Origin: a virus
Taxonomy: Duplodnaviria; Caudoviricetes
DNA length: 64,000 bases
Reading direction: 5' to 3' (one strand)
IMG/VR virus record: IMGVR_UViG_3300047560_000348
Location: 4,136 to 68,135 of that record
Shown: positions 12,547 through 22,799 of the stretch, piece by piece
Position numbering within the stretch: position 1 is the first letter of the stretch
Layout of the letters: the number at the start of each line of letters is the position of its first letter
Made by a program: the position numbers and the translations under genes
The notes under the pieces: generated by a model
Databases searched by the model: none
Told to the model about the DNA's origin: nothing
The model's input: the letters and a program-made list of their open reading frames with translations, nothing else

Positions 12547-13109
12547 AAGTATTTGTACTCCTCTTTGTTACCATTATACACGAAATAGAAGAATAGCATA
12601 GCTACCTTTTCTCCATCATTAAAAGTTTTTGCTGGTCTACCATGTAGTTGATTGTAAGGCTCAAACACAAGGGCATCATTATCCCTAAGTATTACCTCTC
12701 TGCTATCTTCATCTAAAATTAATGGCCACTCAGTATTCGCCTCTAGCTGATAGTCAACTAAAAGATTGTCTGCTTTGTCTTTATGTACATATAGAACTGG
12801 TTTGCCGTGTGCTTTAGAATACTCTGTATATGCTAATGATAATGGCTTCCCAATGCCCCAATGTTCTGGCACCTTAGATTGAATTGTTTTAACTATATTA
12901 TCTGGTATATCTGAACCAGTAATATCGATAATTATTTTACCAAGAGTTTTATTATTAATCGTATACTCAAATGTGTGGTATTGGTTTACCTCAGCATCTT
13001 CAAGGGATACCATCTTTCGAGTTGCTTTTTCATTAGCAAAAAAATCCTTTAACTGTGCAATCTCTTCAGGACTGAACAGGTTACGAATAACTAAATCATT
13101 CATTGCCAT
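12543..13109 (-). CDS. Putative 2OG-Fe(II) oxygenase, paralog of 11737..12546
   Basis: LYVHKD (HxD), WPLILD, LRDNDALVF, QLHGRP. Confidence 0.72.
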   Translation of the reverse strand: MAMNDLVIRNLFSPEEIAQLKDFFANEKATRKMVSLEDAEVNQYHTFEYTINNKTLGKIIIDITGSDIPDNIVKTIQSKVPEHWGIGKPLSLAYTEYSKAHGKPVLYVHKDKADNLLVDYQLEANTEWPLILDEDSREVILRDNDALVFEPYNQLHGRPAKTFNDGEKVAMLFFYFVYNGNKEEYKYL

Positions 13110-13386
13110 CCTCCATTATTTGCTCCAATAAAGATAACTCAATAACTGCTAGGCGTGTTTTTGTGCCTTCGCTACCCAAGACAATGAAGATGGCAGGATC
13201 GTTTCCATTTTTAATGGCATCAGTACTTGCCTTAGCCCAAACATCTTTATTGATTGTGAAAGATTTTCCAACCTCTTTAAAATCAACAGTAAAGTTTTTC
13301 CATGTAGCATCACCTTTGTGGGTATTCCTACCAGAATTCTTGTGCTGCTTGGCACCAATTCGCTTGCTCTCGCCTCGTTCACTCAT
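13096..13386 (-). CDS. Small PD-(D/E)xK endonuclease / resolvase-like protein
   Basis: NSGR..KGDA....VDFKE motif. Confidence 0.6.
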   Translation of the reverse strand: MSERGESKRIGAKQHKNSGRNTHKGDATWKNFTVDFKEVGKSFTINKDVWAKASTDAIKNGNDPAIFIVLGSEGTKTRLAVIELSLLEQIMEDGNE

Positions 13387-13549
13387 AGTCTTTTTTCGTT
13401 TTCTTCTTGTATATTATAACACGAGTCAGGTGCTTCTGAGAACACATCCAGCTAACTTCATATGTCTCTGGGTATAACCTCATGCTTTTTACGTTTTCTT
13501 TACAGGTATGACACAAGAACTCTCCAGCATAAACAGAATATTTAGCCAT
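13379..13549 (-). CDS. 56-aa zinc-ribbon-like protein (absent from the ORF track)
   Basis: Manual translation MAKYSVYAGEFLCHTCKENVKSMRLYPETYEVSWMCSQKHLTRVIIYKKKTKKDYE; fills the gap with overlaps at both ends. Confidence 0.72.
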   Translation of the reverse strand: MAKYSVYAGEFLCHTCKENVKSMRLYPETYEVSWMCSQKHLTRVIIYKKKTKKDYE

Positions 13550-14555
13550 TAAGTTTTGCCTTAAGTGAATCTTGTAGGTCTAGATCTTCCTTTACTCTAG
13601 CTACAAAAGCCTCTCTACCCTGGATCTTTGTACCGTCTTCTAGTTGATACCAGGCTCCTGTACGTGATACAAGGCCTACTGATTCTGCTGTGTCAACAAG
13701 ATCACCAATACTGTCAACGCCAAGGTCATCACCTCTAAAATAGAAGTCATACTCGCCACCCTGGAAAGCAGGAGAAGTCTTAGAGAACTGTAGGTCCCAA
13801 CGAACTTTTCTGCCAATCTTTTCTTCAATGAGTTTATCTCCGACACTAATCTTCCCCTTAATTGCTTGATTGTCTGATTCAGATGAGAACAGTCTAATAA
13901 TTGTGGATGAATAGAACTTGACAGACGTTCCACCTGTTGGTTGCTGGCTGGTATACATTGCACTAATGTTATTTCTAGACTGACTAATAAAGATAAGCAG
14001 TGTTGGCTTTACCTTGTTATTAGCATAGTTAAGCATCTTAACTGCATTGCTAAAGTCACGTGCCTCTGCACCAATCTGCTTAGTATTTTCTAACTGCTTA
14101 AGCTCATCAGAGTCTTTTTCAAAATAGATTGCAGGAAGCAAAGATGTGATAGAGTCAACAACGATGATGTCTACTCCTGCTTCCATTAGCTGTACACCAA
14201 CATCTACCATGTCATTGATTGTACGTGCCTGAGAGACAATTAGCTTAGATGTATCTACACCCAGACGCTCTGCCCACGACTTATCGTATGACATCTCAGC
14301 ATCGATCCACGCACAAATTTTTCCTTCTTTTTGTGCAAGAGCAATAGTCTGTAGACATACTGATGACTTGGCTGATGACTTTGATCCCCAAATTAGTACC
14401 TGGCGACCATATGGCAATCCACCATTAAGTGCCCTATTCAAGCCAAAGCTTGGTGTTGGTTGAAATTCGGTTTCAGGAACTGAGTCACCAACCATAATAT
14501 TTTTACGTAGTTTTGGATTTAGTTGTGCCAAAACGTCTTCTACAGTTACTGCCAT
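13542..14555 (-). CDS. recA: RecA/UvsX-like recombinase
   Basis: GGLPYGR, Walker A GSKSSAKS, WIDAE, IIVVDS, FISQ.R, GG..KFYSS, GAWY. Confidence 0.9.
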   Translation of the reverse strand: MAVTVEDVLAQLNPKLRKNIMVGDSVPETEFQPTPSFGLNRALNGGLPYGRQVLIWGSKSSAKSSVCLQTIALAQKEGKICAWIDAEMSYDKSWAERLGVDTSKLIVSQARTINDMVDVGVQLMEAGVDIIVVDSITSLLPAIYFEKDSDELKQLENTKQIGAEARDFSNAVKMLNYANNKVKPTLLIFISQSRNNISAMYTSQQPTGGTSVKFYSSTIIRLFSSESDNQAIKGKISVGDKLIEEKIGRKVRWDLQFSKTSPAFQGGEYDFYFRGDDLGVDSIGDLVDTAESVGLVSRTGAWYQLEDGTKIQGREAFVARVKEDLDLQDSLKAKLNG

Positions 14556-14782
14556 TATTCAGATACCTCTAAAGCTTTCAGCTTATCAATCTTAAATCCA
14601 GACCATACATCATCATCAGTTTCTACAATTGGTGCTGCCCTGAATCCCTTTTCAACAAACTTTGCAAGTTCTTCTGGGTAATCAGCAAATGGTCTTACCT
14701 CATAATCGATTCCTGCGTTATCCAAAAACTTCTTTGTTTGGTCACACTGAACACAATTTACATTTGTATATACTTTAATCAT
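14555..14782 (-). CDS. nrdH: NrdH-redoxin
   Basis: VYT..CVQC, GFRAAPIV, WSGF. Confidence 0.9.
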   Translation of the reverse strand: MIKVYTNVNCVQCDQTKKFLDNAGIDYEVRPFADYPEELAKFVEKGFRAAPIVETDDDVWSGFKIDKLKALEVSE

Positions 14783-15108
14783 TAGAATTTTACACCGTGT
14801 CTTTCTGGTCTGGTTTTATTAAAGTTAGTTTTCTTTTCCATAGCATAATCTAGAGAAGTCTTAGTATACCCGTTTTCTACAAGTCCTGCATACAGGTCAA
14901 AAGTACGGATGAGGATATCTGCCATTTCGTCAGCGATCTGGTCTTCCCCCTTGTCTTTGCGAATAGCTTCCATTACCTCTACAGCCTCTGACACAATCAT
15001 CATCAACTGTTTGGTAATAAAGATATCATCTACATCTTCAGGCCAAAAACCTTTTGCTACGGCAGTCTTGTGTAGCTCTTCTGCCCAATCATCAAATTGC
15101 ATGTACAT
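14782..15108 (-). CDS. MazG-like nucleotide pyrophosphohydrolase
   Basis: SEAVEVMEAIRK, DEMADILIR, N..RP..HG. Confidence 0.82.
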   Translation of the reverse strand: MYMQFDDWAEELHKTAVAKGFWPEDVDDIFITKQLMMIVSEAVEVMEAIRKDKGEDQIADEMADILIRTFDLYAGLVENGYTKTSLDYAMEKKTNFNKTRPERHGVKF

Positions 15109-18100
15109 CCTCCATAATTACTGTTCCATCCTTGGTCTTACCCAAATCAAATTTATATGCAGACCCTTCTTGAATCTTCATATATGCTTTAGCATATGCT
15201 GTAGGGAAAACTGTCACTGGGTGAAGCTCTCTAGCAGCATCTGCCAATGTAAGTGTTGCCATCTTCTTGCCAGCCTTTGTGATGCGTGACTTGAACGATA
15301 CAACAAATAGTTCTTCTTCTTTATATGGCAACTGCTTGTAGTTGAGATATTTTACAAGTGCCGAATCAACTTTACCAATCTCATCAATCTGGATGGCCTC
15401 AGTAATGCGATTATCGCTAGCCAGAATAAGATATGTCTTTCCAGTTTCGATTGTAGATTGTTCATCATCGAATATGCCTACGCTTCCTGTTTTGTCTAGT
15501 AGTTCAACACGAGACCATCCTTTACCACGCTTGATAGACTTGACCATTCCCATTAGGATAAATGACCCCTTCTCTTCAAACTCTTCTACCTCGTTAATAA
15601 AGGCATGATAGTGCTGTGGTACTGAAATGTTAAATTCTGGTAGGTTTAGATACTCGTACAGGTTCTCACGAATCTCATCATCGTTTCTAGGCTGATCTTG
15701 GAATGTTGCTGCACCCACTACCCTCATTGCCTGTAGTGCACGACTGTTAACTCCATTGCCCTTGCCAAATGTAAACTCTTCCAACTCCTTGTATGAGCTA
15801 AATGGACGGGCAGCCATATACTTGGATGCAATGTTATCAGATATATACTTGATCCCAGTCAGTCCAAAACGAATGCCCTTGCCCTCAATCTTGAAGTCAG
15901 CATCTGAGTCATTGACGTGTGGCAGCTTGATGGAGATACCCATACGCTTAGTCTCAATCAAATACTCTGTACGTGCATCCTTATCCTTTTCATTCTTAAG
16001 AATCGAGTACATAAATTCTAGAGGATAGTGATACTTTAGCCATGCTGTCCAATATGAAAGCGTTGAATAGGCCACAGCGTGAGACTTATTGAAAGAGTAT
16101 CCAGCATGTGCCTCAAAGTCTGTCCATAGGTCTTCAGCAACGTTTGGCGATAGGAATCGTGATGCACCTTTAACGAACTTGTCCTTAAACTGGTCGAACT
16201 CCTTGGCATCCTTCTTCTTACCAATGATCTTACGAACCTTGTCAGCCTCAGCCATTGTCATACCGCCAAGCTCTGTACAGGCCTGCATAACCTGTTCCTG
16301 ATATAGAATACATCCATAGGTTTCTGCAGTAAATGACTTCATAACTTGGTGCTTATAATCAATGTTTTGACGACCTTGCTTACGAGCAATGTAGTCTTTA
16401 CCAATGGTGTTAGCAGCACCTGGGCGAACCAGAGCGTTAGAAGCAGCAAGCTCTGCTAGGTTCTTTACACCCATTTTAACTAGTAGATTGGTATACGGAG
16501 TAGCTTCACACTGGAATACACCCTTAGTATAGCCATCAGAAAGCATGCGATATACATTGGCATCTTCCATATCAACAGATAGCAAGTCAATCTTTTTGTC
16601 GTGACGTTCTTCGATAATATTGAGCGTATCCTTGAGTACAGACAAAGTTTTTAGACCAAGTGCATCAATCTTAATTAGACCAATACGCTCTGCCTCTTCC
16701 ATGTCTACCGCCACAACTGGAATACGCTCCTTGTTTCCTGGAGACGTACGAGTTTCTAGTGGAGCAAACTTAAAGATAGGTTGCTTAGATGTTACAACAC
16801 CTGCAGCGTGAATACCAGTACCACGAATTCGTCCACGAAGAAGATCTCCATAGGTTTCAATCTCAGGATACTTTTCACGGAACCATGCTGACTGCTTTGA
16901 AGAGCAGTAGTCATCCCAGTCATCAACAACCTTTAGTACCTTGTTTACATCTGCCAATGGCACATTAAGTGTACGTGCAATGTCACGAACCATACCCTTG
17001 CCACGGAACTGCAAGAATGTTGCAATAGATGCTACGTGCTTATACTGACGAACAAGATAGTCTTTTACCTCTTCACGGCGTGAGTCTTGAATATCTGTAT
17101 CGATATCTGGGAAGTCATTACGCTCTGGGTTAATAAATCGGAAGAACAATAGACCATGTTCAATTGGATCAATATCGGTAATACCAAGTGCATAACAAAG
17201 CAATGAACCAGCAGCAGAACCACGACCTGGCCCCACCATGATGCCTTCTTTCTTTGCCCATGCAATCATAGAACGTACTACAAGGAAGTATGGGCCAAAG
17301 TTCTTTGCTTCGATTACTTCTAGCTCTTCATCTAGACGTGACAGATACTCTTCTGTCTCAATGCCACGATCTTTTAGGCCAGCAAGAGCAAGCTCACGCA
17401 ACTCCTGATTTGGATTCTGATACTGTACAGGAAGAAGGTCTTGGTGGTCTTTAATCTTATAGTCTTCTACCTTGTTAACAATCTCACGAGTAGCCTCGTA
17501 CATATCTTCACGGTCAATGCCCTGTGCCTTCATAGCATTATGCATTTCTTCATCAGATAACAGATGAATCTCAAACTTGTTAAATGACATCTGACGGTCA
17601 GCACCATACAGGTAGTCAAGACGGTCCATTAGGTTGTCATACTTCTTAGAACCATCATAGGTTGCACCCTTCTCAACCTTATTAGAGTAAGAGTTAAGAA
17701 TCAGCTTTAGTTCTTGAATCTCTTTCTGTGATGGGTCAGAGTGGTGGCAGTCTGGAGTTACAACTGGCTTTACGCCAAACTCATCTGCCAGATCTAGGAG
17801 AGCCTTATTAATCTCTGGTGGGTTGTGTGGCATTACCTCGATGTAGTAGTCATCTCCAAAGATTTTCTTACATTTCTGAATGTGCTCTTTTGCATACGCA
17901 AACTCATTGGCTTCTATGGCCTTTGCAAGTACTCCAGACAAACATCCAGATGTAATAATTAGTCCATCTTTATACTGTTCTAGGATATCCCAGTCAATAC
18001 GTGGCTTCTTATAAAAACCCTCTGTCCAAGCAATCTCATTTAGCTTATTAAGGTTCTGCAAACCCTTAGAGTTCTTGGCAATAATAATTAGGTGATTGTA

Positions 18101-18367
18101 GTTAAGATCAAGAGGGTCATTCTTTTCCTTCTTATCTGTGTGATCAAAGCGGTCCTTTGTGATGTACCCCTCGATACCCAAGATTGGCTTGATTCCTGCT
18201 TCTTTAGCAGCACGATACATTTCACGGTGTCCAGATAGACTTCCGTGGTCAGTGATTGCAATTGCTGGCATTCCCAGCTCTACGGCACGGTCCACATATT
18301 CCTGTGGTGTTGCAATTCCGTCAAATAGTGAGTAGTGTGTGTGGACGTGTAGACCAGCGTAACTCAT
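15092..18367 (-). CDS. dnaE: DNA polymerase III alpha subunit (DnaE-type)
   Basis: PHP motifs HVHTHYSLFDG and ITDHG; GPGRGSAAGS, FPDIDTD, HAAGVV, YSFNKSHAVAY; C-terminal OB folds; no intein. Confidence 0.96.
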   Translation of the reverse strand: MSYAGLHVHTHYSLFDGIATPQEYVDRAVELGMPAIAITDHGSLSGHREMYRAAKEAGIKPILGIEGYITKDRFDHTDKKEKNDPLDLNYNHLIIIAKNSKGLQNLNKLNEIAWTEGFYKKPRIDWDILEQYKDGLIITSGCLSGVLAKAIEANEFAYAKEHIQKCKKIFGDDYYIEVMPHNPPEINKALLDLADEFGVKPVVTPDCHHSDPSQKEIQELKLILNSYSNKVEKGATYDGSKKYDNLMDRLDYLYGADRQMSFNKFEIHLLSDEEMHNAMKAQGIDREDMYEATREIVNKVEDYKIKDHQDLLPVQYQNPNQELRELALAGLKDRGIETEEYLSRLDEELEVIEAKNFGPYFLVVRSMIAWAKKEGIMVGPGRGSAAGSLLCYALGITDIDPIEHGLLFFRFINPERNDFPDIDTDIQDSRREEVKDYLVRQYKHVASIATFLQFRGKGMVRDIARTLNVPLADVNKVLKVVDDWDDYCSSKQSAWFREKYPEIETYGDLLRGRIRGTGIHAAGVVTSKQPIFKFAPLETRTSPGNKERIPVVAVDMEEAERIGLIKIDALGLKTLSVLKDTLNIIEERHDKKIDLLSVDMEDANVYRMLSDGYTKGVFQCEATPYTNLLVKMGVKNLAELAASNALVRPGAANTIGKDYIARKQGRQNIDYKHQVMKSFTAETYGCILYQEQVMQACTELGGMTMAEADKVRKIIGKKKDAKEFDQFKDKFVKGASRFLSPNVAEDLWTDFEAHAGYSFNKSHAVAYSTLSYWTAWLKYHYPLEFMYSILKNEKDKDARTEYLIETKRMGISIKLPHVNDSDADFKIEGKGIRFGLTGIKYISDNIASKYMAARPFSSYKELEEFTFGKGNGVNSRALQAMRVVGAATFQDQPRNDDEIRENLYEYLNLPEFNISVPQHYHAFINEVEEFEEKGSFILMGMVKSIKRGKGWSRVELLDKTGSVGIFDDEQSTIETGKTYLILASDNRITEAIQIDEIGKVDSALVKYLNYKQLPYKEEELFVVSFKSRITKAGKKMATLTLADAARELHPVTVFPTAYAKAYMKIQEGSAYKFDLGKTKDGTVIMEDVHAI

Positions 18368-18410
18368 TTAATTCCTTTTCTGTATATAGTATTGTTTTTA
18401 AAGTAGGATG

Positions 18411-18436
18411 AAATGGGGGCAGCCGAAGCCACCCCC
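18411..18436 (-). terminator. Hairpin / terminator after the SSB gene
   Basis: Minus strand GGGGGTGGC-TTCG-GCTGCCCCC followed by ATTT. Confidence 0.7.
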
Positions 18437-18449
18437 AAATCAAACTTAA

Positions 18450-19103
18450 TTACCAATCGATGTTGGTTGATGTTACAGACGGAGTGTCAAAACCAAAGTA
18501 GAAAGCTTCCTGCTCTGGGTAAGGCACTTCACGTACAACCTTCTCAAGGTTGTGGAATTCAAATTCGCCCCACTTGAATGGCTCTGAATCTGGCTTGGTA
18601 GGAAGAAGTGTATAGTTGGTCTCAGTTCCCTGACCATTACGCTTTAGCTTCCACTCAAGATTTGATACTGAACCAGTCTCTAGTGCGTACTCACGAATTG
18701 TGTTGAATGCTGACTGCTTGGTAACGCCCTGTGACCAAACTGCAATGTATGGTGCCTCTAGGCCATCGTCAACAAGTACGTTGCAATAGAAGCGAAGCTT
18801 TGAACGCCATCCAGCCTTTGGCTCCTTACGAGCCATTTCACATGCAAAGCAGCGACCTTCAGTTTCCATGGTACAAGCAGCCATACGCTTGTAGTCCTTT
18901 GGATTGGTGTGCTGTGCAATAACTACTGAAAGGCCACGTGCCTCATCGTAGTGTGCTGAATCAGAGTCTAGCTCCTCAACGAAACGGATCTTAGCAGCCT
19001 GACCATCTGCAAGCTTGACCCAACGAACCTTTGTTCCTGTACCTTCGAATTTTGGCTTATCAAGGATTGCATTGATATCCTTTAGCCCTTTAATTACACC
19101 CAT
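18450..19103 (-). CDS. Single-stranded DNA-binding protein (gp32-like)
   Basis: H..C..CFAC Zn motif, KRNGQG.ETNY, acidic/aromatic C-terminus (NIDW); lies between primase and polymerase. Confidence 0.7.
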   Translation of the reverse strand: MGVIKGLKDINAILDKPKFEGTGTKVRWVKLADGQAAKIRFVEELDSDSAHYDEARGLSVVIAQHTNPKDYKRMAACTMETEGRCFACEMARKEPKAGWRSKLRFYCNVLVDDGLEAPYIAVWSQGVTKQSAFNTIREYALETGSVSNLEWKLKRNGQGTETNYTLLPTKPDSEPFKWGEFEFHNLEKVVREVPYPEQEAFYFGFDTPSVTSTNIDW

Positions 19104-19131
19104 GGTGTTCTCCTTATTGTTGTTTGTTGTA

Positions 19132-20043
19132 TTATTGTAGCATGGCCATTATTGATTTGTCAAATGACATATCTAGCCTTTTTATGTCTTCATCGTTCAT
19201 ATCTCCAATGTCCTTGTACTTGCTATCTAGCTTGATTACAGTGACCATAGATTTAAGATTTTCAACAATCTTATTTTTCATATTGCCACCTGCCTCATCG
19301 TTATCAGCAATTACAAATACTGAATTGAAGTATTTGCGAAGAAGTTCTATTTGTTTAGTTGACACATTAGCACCAAGAGTAGCAACTGCAGGAAGACCAA
19401 CCTGATCTAAACGAATTGCATCAAATGATGACTCGACAACATATACCCTATTAGATGTTTTTACTCTGTGTAGGTTAAACAAAACTTTTGATTTTGGAAG
19501 TCCAGGCGTATTTTTAAAATCCTTGCCCTCAATAGATCTGCCAACAAATCCAACTTCCATTCCATCTGGTGCAGAGACTGGGATCGTTACCATGTCTTGC
19601 TTCTCTGAGAATCCAAGCATAAACTTTTTTACTGAAGATTCAGTTATTGAACGACCTGCAAAATACTGCATTGCTCTATGTGAATCCAAAGCTTGTATGT
19701 TTAGTCTCTTAATTAGCACCTGATCATATTGAATATAATCTGGAACCATAATCAACTTTTTCTCGATGTCTGTAGTGATTGATGATAGACCTTCTCTTGA
19801 CTTAATAAAACGAGCAGATTCAAAGTAGGTTCTTCCAGTAGTGTGCATAACAAGTTCTACCAAGTCAGCAATGTGGTGGCAAGAAAAACAGAAAAACTTT
19901 CCTGTATTCTTATCAACTTCTCCTGCTGGAGTTCTATTATTAGCATGGAATGGACAGAAAATAATATAGTCTGTGTCAACCTCTTTTTCGATGGTTAGCC
20001 CAGAACCAATTAAAACCTTCTTAATCTGATCAGTAGTGTACAT
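19132..20043 (-). CDS. dnaG: DNA primase (CHC2 zinc finger plus TOPRIM)
   Basis: CPFH..CFSC, GFVGR, VVESSFD, ADNDEAG, KDIGD. Confidence 0.9.
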   Translation of the reverse strand: MYTTDQIKKVLIGSGLTIEKEVDTDYIIFCPFHANNRTPAGEVDKNTGKFFCFSCHHIADLVELVMHTTGRTYFESARFIKSREGLSSITTDIEKKLIMVPDYIQYDQVLIKRLNIQALDSHRAMQYFAGRSITESSVKKFMLGFSEKQDMVTIPVSAPDGMEVGFVGRSIEGKDFKNTPGLPKSKVLFNLHRVKTSNRVYVVESSFDAIRLDQVGLPAVATLGANVSTKQIELLRKYFNSVFVIADNDEAGGNMKNKIVENLKSMVTVIKLDSKYKDIGDMNDEDIKRLDMSFDKSIMAMLQ

Positions 20044-21263
20044 TACTTATCCTCAAAGTCCTTGTACTTGTAGTATCCCTTGTCAAAATCAGCCTGTACC
20101 AAAAACTCACCCATAAATCCATTACGGTTCTTGCGGAATACGCACTCAATAATATCAGAGTTTGTTCCACGGCCAAGAGCAAGCACCCAGTCAGCATCGT
20201 ATGCAATCTGACGAGACCAAGCAGTTTGACCAAGAGTAGGAACAGTATCAAGCTTTGTAACATCATCAGGAGTAGCAGATGAAATTGCAATGATTGGGAC
20301 CTCTTCAGCAATAGCCATCAGCTTTAGTTCACGAGAAAGGTTCTTCATGCGTACTGTTTCATTATCTGACTTCTGATTTGGACTCATCAACTGTAGGTAG
20401 TCAACGACAACGAAGTCTGGCTTATACTGATCAATCTTTCCACGAAGAACAGATGGTGTAACTTCTCCACCTGAGTCATTAGAAATAATGTGGAATTCTG
20501 GCTTGCCTTGAAGTGCCTTCTTATGCCACATCTTCAAGTCTTCAATCTCAATCTGTCCAGATGAAAGCTTTCTATGTGACCACAGGCCATCTCCCATAAT
20601 AGCGAATACACGGTTACGAACTTCTGTCTCACTCATTTCAAGTGATACGATCATTGGGGACTTACCCTGCTTCCATGCCTGTACCGCAAAATATAGCGAT
20701 AGCCATGACTTACCAATACCTGGGTATGCAAGCATTACCCCAAGCTGTCCTGGCATAATTCCAGCAGGAAGATAGTTGTCAAATCCTGGTAGACCAGTCT
20801 TGATTCCAGATAGACCTAGCTCTGCTTGCTTCTTTACATTTTCATAGTAAGCAATGGCTGACTCTAAATCTGTTGCATCAATGTCACGGATAGCAGCTGT
20901 ATTCTTGCGTAGCTCTGATGTCTTAGAGATAATGGCCTCTAGTGCCTCTACACCTTTATCTGCCTGCACATCTGCTGCAGCAGTACGAAGAATATCCTTT
21001 AGGCTATCAGTCATATACTCTGACTGTAATTCTTCTAGGTGGTGCTTTGTTGCACCAACACCTTCTACTGGAGAGAAGTCTCTAAACTTTTCTACAACCA
21101 AAGATACTGGTGGGACTGAAGCATTCTGCTCAAAATATAGACGAAGAAAGTTCCAGATATCCTTATGTGTCTTTAGAATGTTTTCTACGTTTGCCTGTAG
21201 AAGAACATGCATCTGCTTATCTGCAAGTACGGCTGATATTACTTTTGCTTCTGTATTATTCAC
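20043..21263 (-). CDS. dnaB: Replicative DnaB-like helicase
   Basis: AYPGIGKS, SLEMS, VVVDYLQLM, IAYDAD, KNRNG. Confidence 0.92.
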   Translation of the reverse strand: MNNTEAKVISAVLADKQMHVLLQANVENILKTHKDIWNFLRLYFEQNASVPPVSLVVEKFRDFSPVEGVGATKHHLEELQSEYMTDSLKDILRTAAADVQADKGVEALEAIISKTSELRKNTAAIRDIDATDLESAIAYYENVKKQAELGLSGIKTGLPGFDNYLPAGIMPGQLGVMLAYPGIGKSWLSLYFAVQAWKQGKSPMIVSLEMSETEVRNRVFAIMGDGLWSHRKLSSGQIEIEDLKMWHKKALQGKPEFHIISNDSGGEVTPSVLRGKIDQYKPDFVVVDYLQLMSPNQKSDNETVRMKNLSRELKLMAIAEEVPIIAISSATPDDVTKLDTVPTLGQTAWSRQIAYDADWVLALGRGTNSDIIECVFRKNRNGFMGEFLVQADFDKGYYKYKDFEDK

Positions 21264-21564
21264 TTAGCCACTTCCTTGCCATTTCTCTTCGTTGTTTTCT
21301 TTCTTGTGCGTCTATTTTATGTTGCTCTTGTTTGTCAATTATATCATGTGCATAATTTGCAAAATATTTCCATGTTGGGTTTTGTGCAACAGAAAAATAA
21401 TATTCTAGTAAATCATAACATGCTGGCATGCCGTACGACTCAATGAGTGCATCAGCAGCCCATTGCTCTACATTCAGATTCAGTGTAGGCTTTTGCTCAA
21501 ATCGCTGTGTGTGCAATTTTGAGTAACGACTGAGCAAAGCCATTCGGTCTTTGCGTTCAGCCAT
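21256..21564 (-). CDS. Hypothetical protein upstream of the helicase (possible loader/initiator accessory)
   Basis: 102-aa ORF overlapping the dnaB start; function inferred from position only. Confidence 0.55.
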   Translation of the reverse strand: MAERKDRMALLSRYSKLHTQRFEQKPTLNLNVEQWAADALIESYGMPACYDLLEYYFSVAQNPTWKYFANYAHDIIDKQEQHKIDAQERKQRREMARKWLSE

Positions 21565-21767
21565 TATTCGACTTCAGACTTTGCTTCTGTAACTTTTTCA
21601 GCAAGCTTCGTCTCTACAAAAGAGTAGACACGATCAAAAGCCTCGTTAATAGTTTCGCTCTCACGCTTGTTATCAATAACGTTAAGGTCAATCCTTAGCG
21701 ACTGGAAGTTTCCCAGATTTAGGGTGTAACCAAGAGTTACACCAACTTTAGTGTTTTCGTTTTCCAT
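21564..21767 (-). CDS. Hypothetical protein
   Basis: 67-aa ORF with AAGGAAAA RBS; TLNLGNFQSLRID motif. Confidence 0.65.
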   Translation of the reverse strand: MENENTKVGVTLGYTLNLGNFQSLRIDLNVIDNKRESETINEAFDRVYSFVETKLAEKVTEAKSEVE

Positions 21768-21781
21768 ACCCGTTTTCCTTA

Positions 21782-22354
21782 CTAGATTGATTCAGACCAG
21801 ACTGGAATGAATCTGCCATCTTCTGTTTTTGTATATGTAAGTATACCATCTCCCATACGCCTTGTCAACTCTTGGCGTGTTGGTGTGATGTTATTCGTTA
21901 CAAGCTTATCTTTCCTTGGTTGCCCAATATGATATGAAGCCAGTATATCACGAAGTGCAAAAACTTGCGACTCCGAATAGTAAGACCTGACTTGCCAACC
22001 AGTCTCTCCGCCCTTCTGAGAGCCCATAGCAGGCGGAACGATGCCTCTTCTAACCAATGATGGCATATACTTTTTATGACGATTAACTAAACTAGCAGTC
22101 TCGCCAACAGTAAATGCTCTTTCTCTTTTGGTTTTAAAATCACTAATTAAACAACTTTCAATCTGATCTTTTGTAATGTTATAAACAGACATAATGCCAT
22201 CAGATCTATTTAGGTGGTGTGCTCTAACTAAATCTCCATTTAAAAAGAATACTTTTTTACTTCCAGGAATAACAGGAGCATTGTTATATTCTTCTCTTGT
22301 TAAAGCCCCATACCTCTTTTTGGGCCTATCCATTTTAGTTTGGAATTCCGACAA
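21782..22354 (-). CDS. Putative DNA-binding protein (MerR-like winged HTH region); start may be 22333
   Basis: FTVGETASLVNRH....RSYYSESQV resembles a MerR/excisionase-type HTH. Confidence 0.5.
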   Translation of the reverse strand: MSEFQTKMDRPKKRYGALTREEYNNAPVIPGSKKVFFLNGDLVRAHHLNRSDGIMSVYNITKDQIESCLISDFKTKRERAFTVGETASLVNRHKKYMPSLVRRGIVPPAMGSQKGGETGWQVRSYYSESQVFALRDILASYHIGQPRKDKLVTNNITPTRQELTRRMGDGILTYTKTEDGRFIPVWSESI

Positions 22355-22781
22355 TAATAACGTTTACACCAATGGCAAAATTACCACCAGTGGAAAAGCT
22401 GACAACACCAGTTACCTTGCTTTTTGAAATAGTCTTGATAACAACGCTAACACCAGTTCCAGAAGAGCTACCAGTAATGGCTACTGGAGTTGCTGTAATT
22501 ATTGGTGGATACTTAAAGTCTGGCGGAAAGTCAATGGTCCATTCTTTTTCTTGGTTAGCAGTAACAGTGCCACTGAATACATCGGTATATGCACCAATGA
22601 TTCTAGCCTCTGATGTCTTGATTGACTGCTTACCTACTGACTTTGTGTCTACTGTCAAGTATTGCATGGTAGACGTTGCAGCAATTCTATCTGACAGGTC
22701 ATTGACAGCCTTAGCAATCTCTAGCAAATAGGTTGCATCAATTGGCTGGCCTGCACTTGGTGTTCTTAATATATTTGCCAT
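22335..22781 (-). CDS. Virion structural protein, C-terminal H-type-lectin/gp53-like beta domain
   Basis: IDFPPDFKYPPIITAT...VNVIIVG pattern; last gene of the tail module. Confidence 0.5.
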   Translation of the reverse strand: MANILRTPSAGQPIDATYLLEIAKAVNDLSDRIAATSTMQYLTVDTKSVGKQSIKTSEARIIGAYTDVFSGTVTANQEKEWTIDFPPDFKYPPIITATPVAITGSSSGTGVSVVIKTISKSKVTGVVSFSTGGNFAIGVNVIIVGIPN

Positions 22782-22799
22782 GTTTTTCTCCTTATAAGA

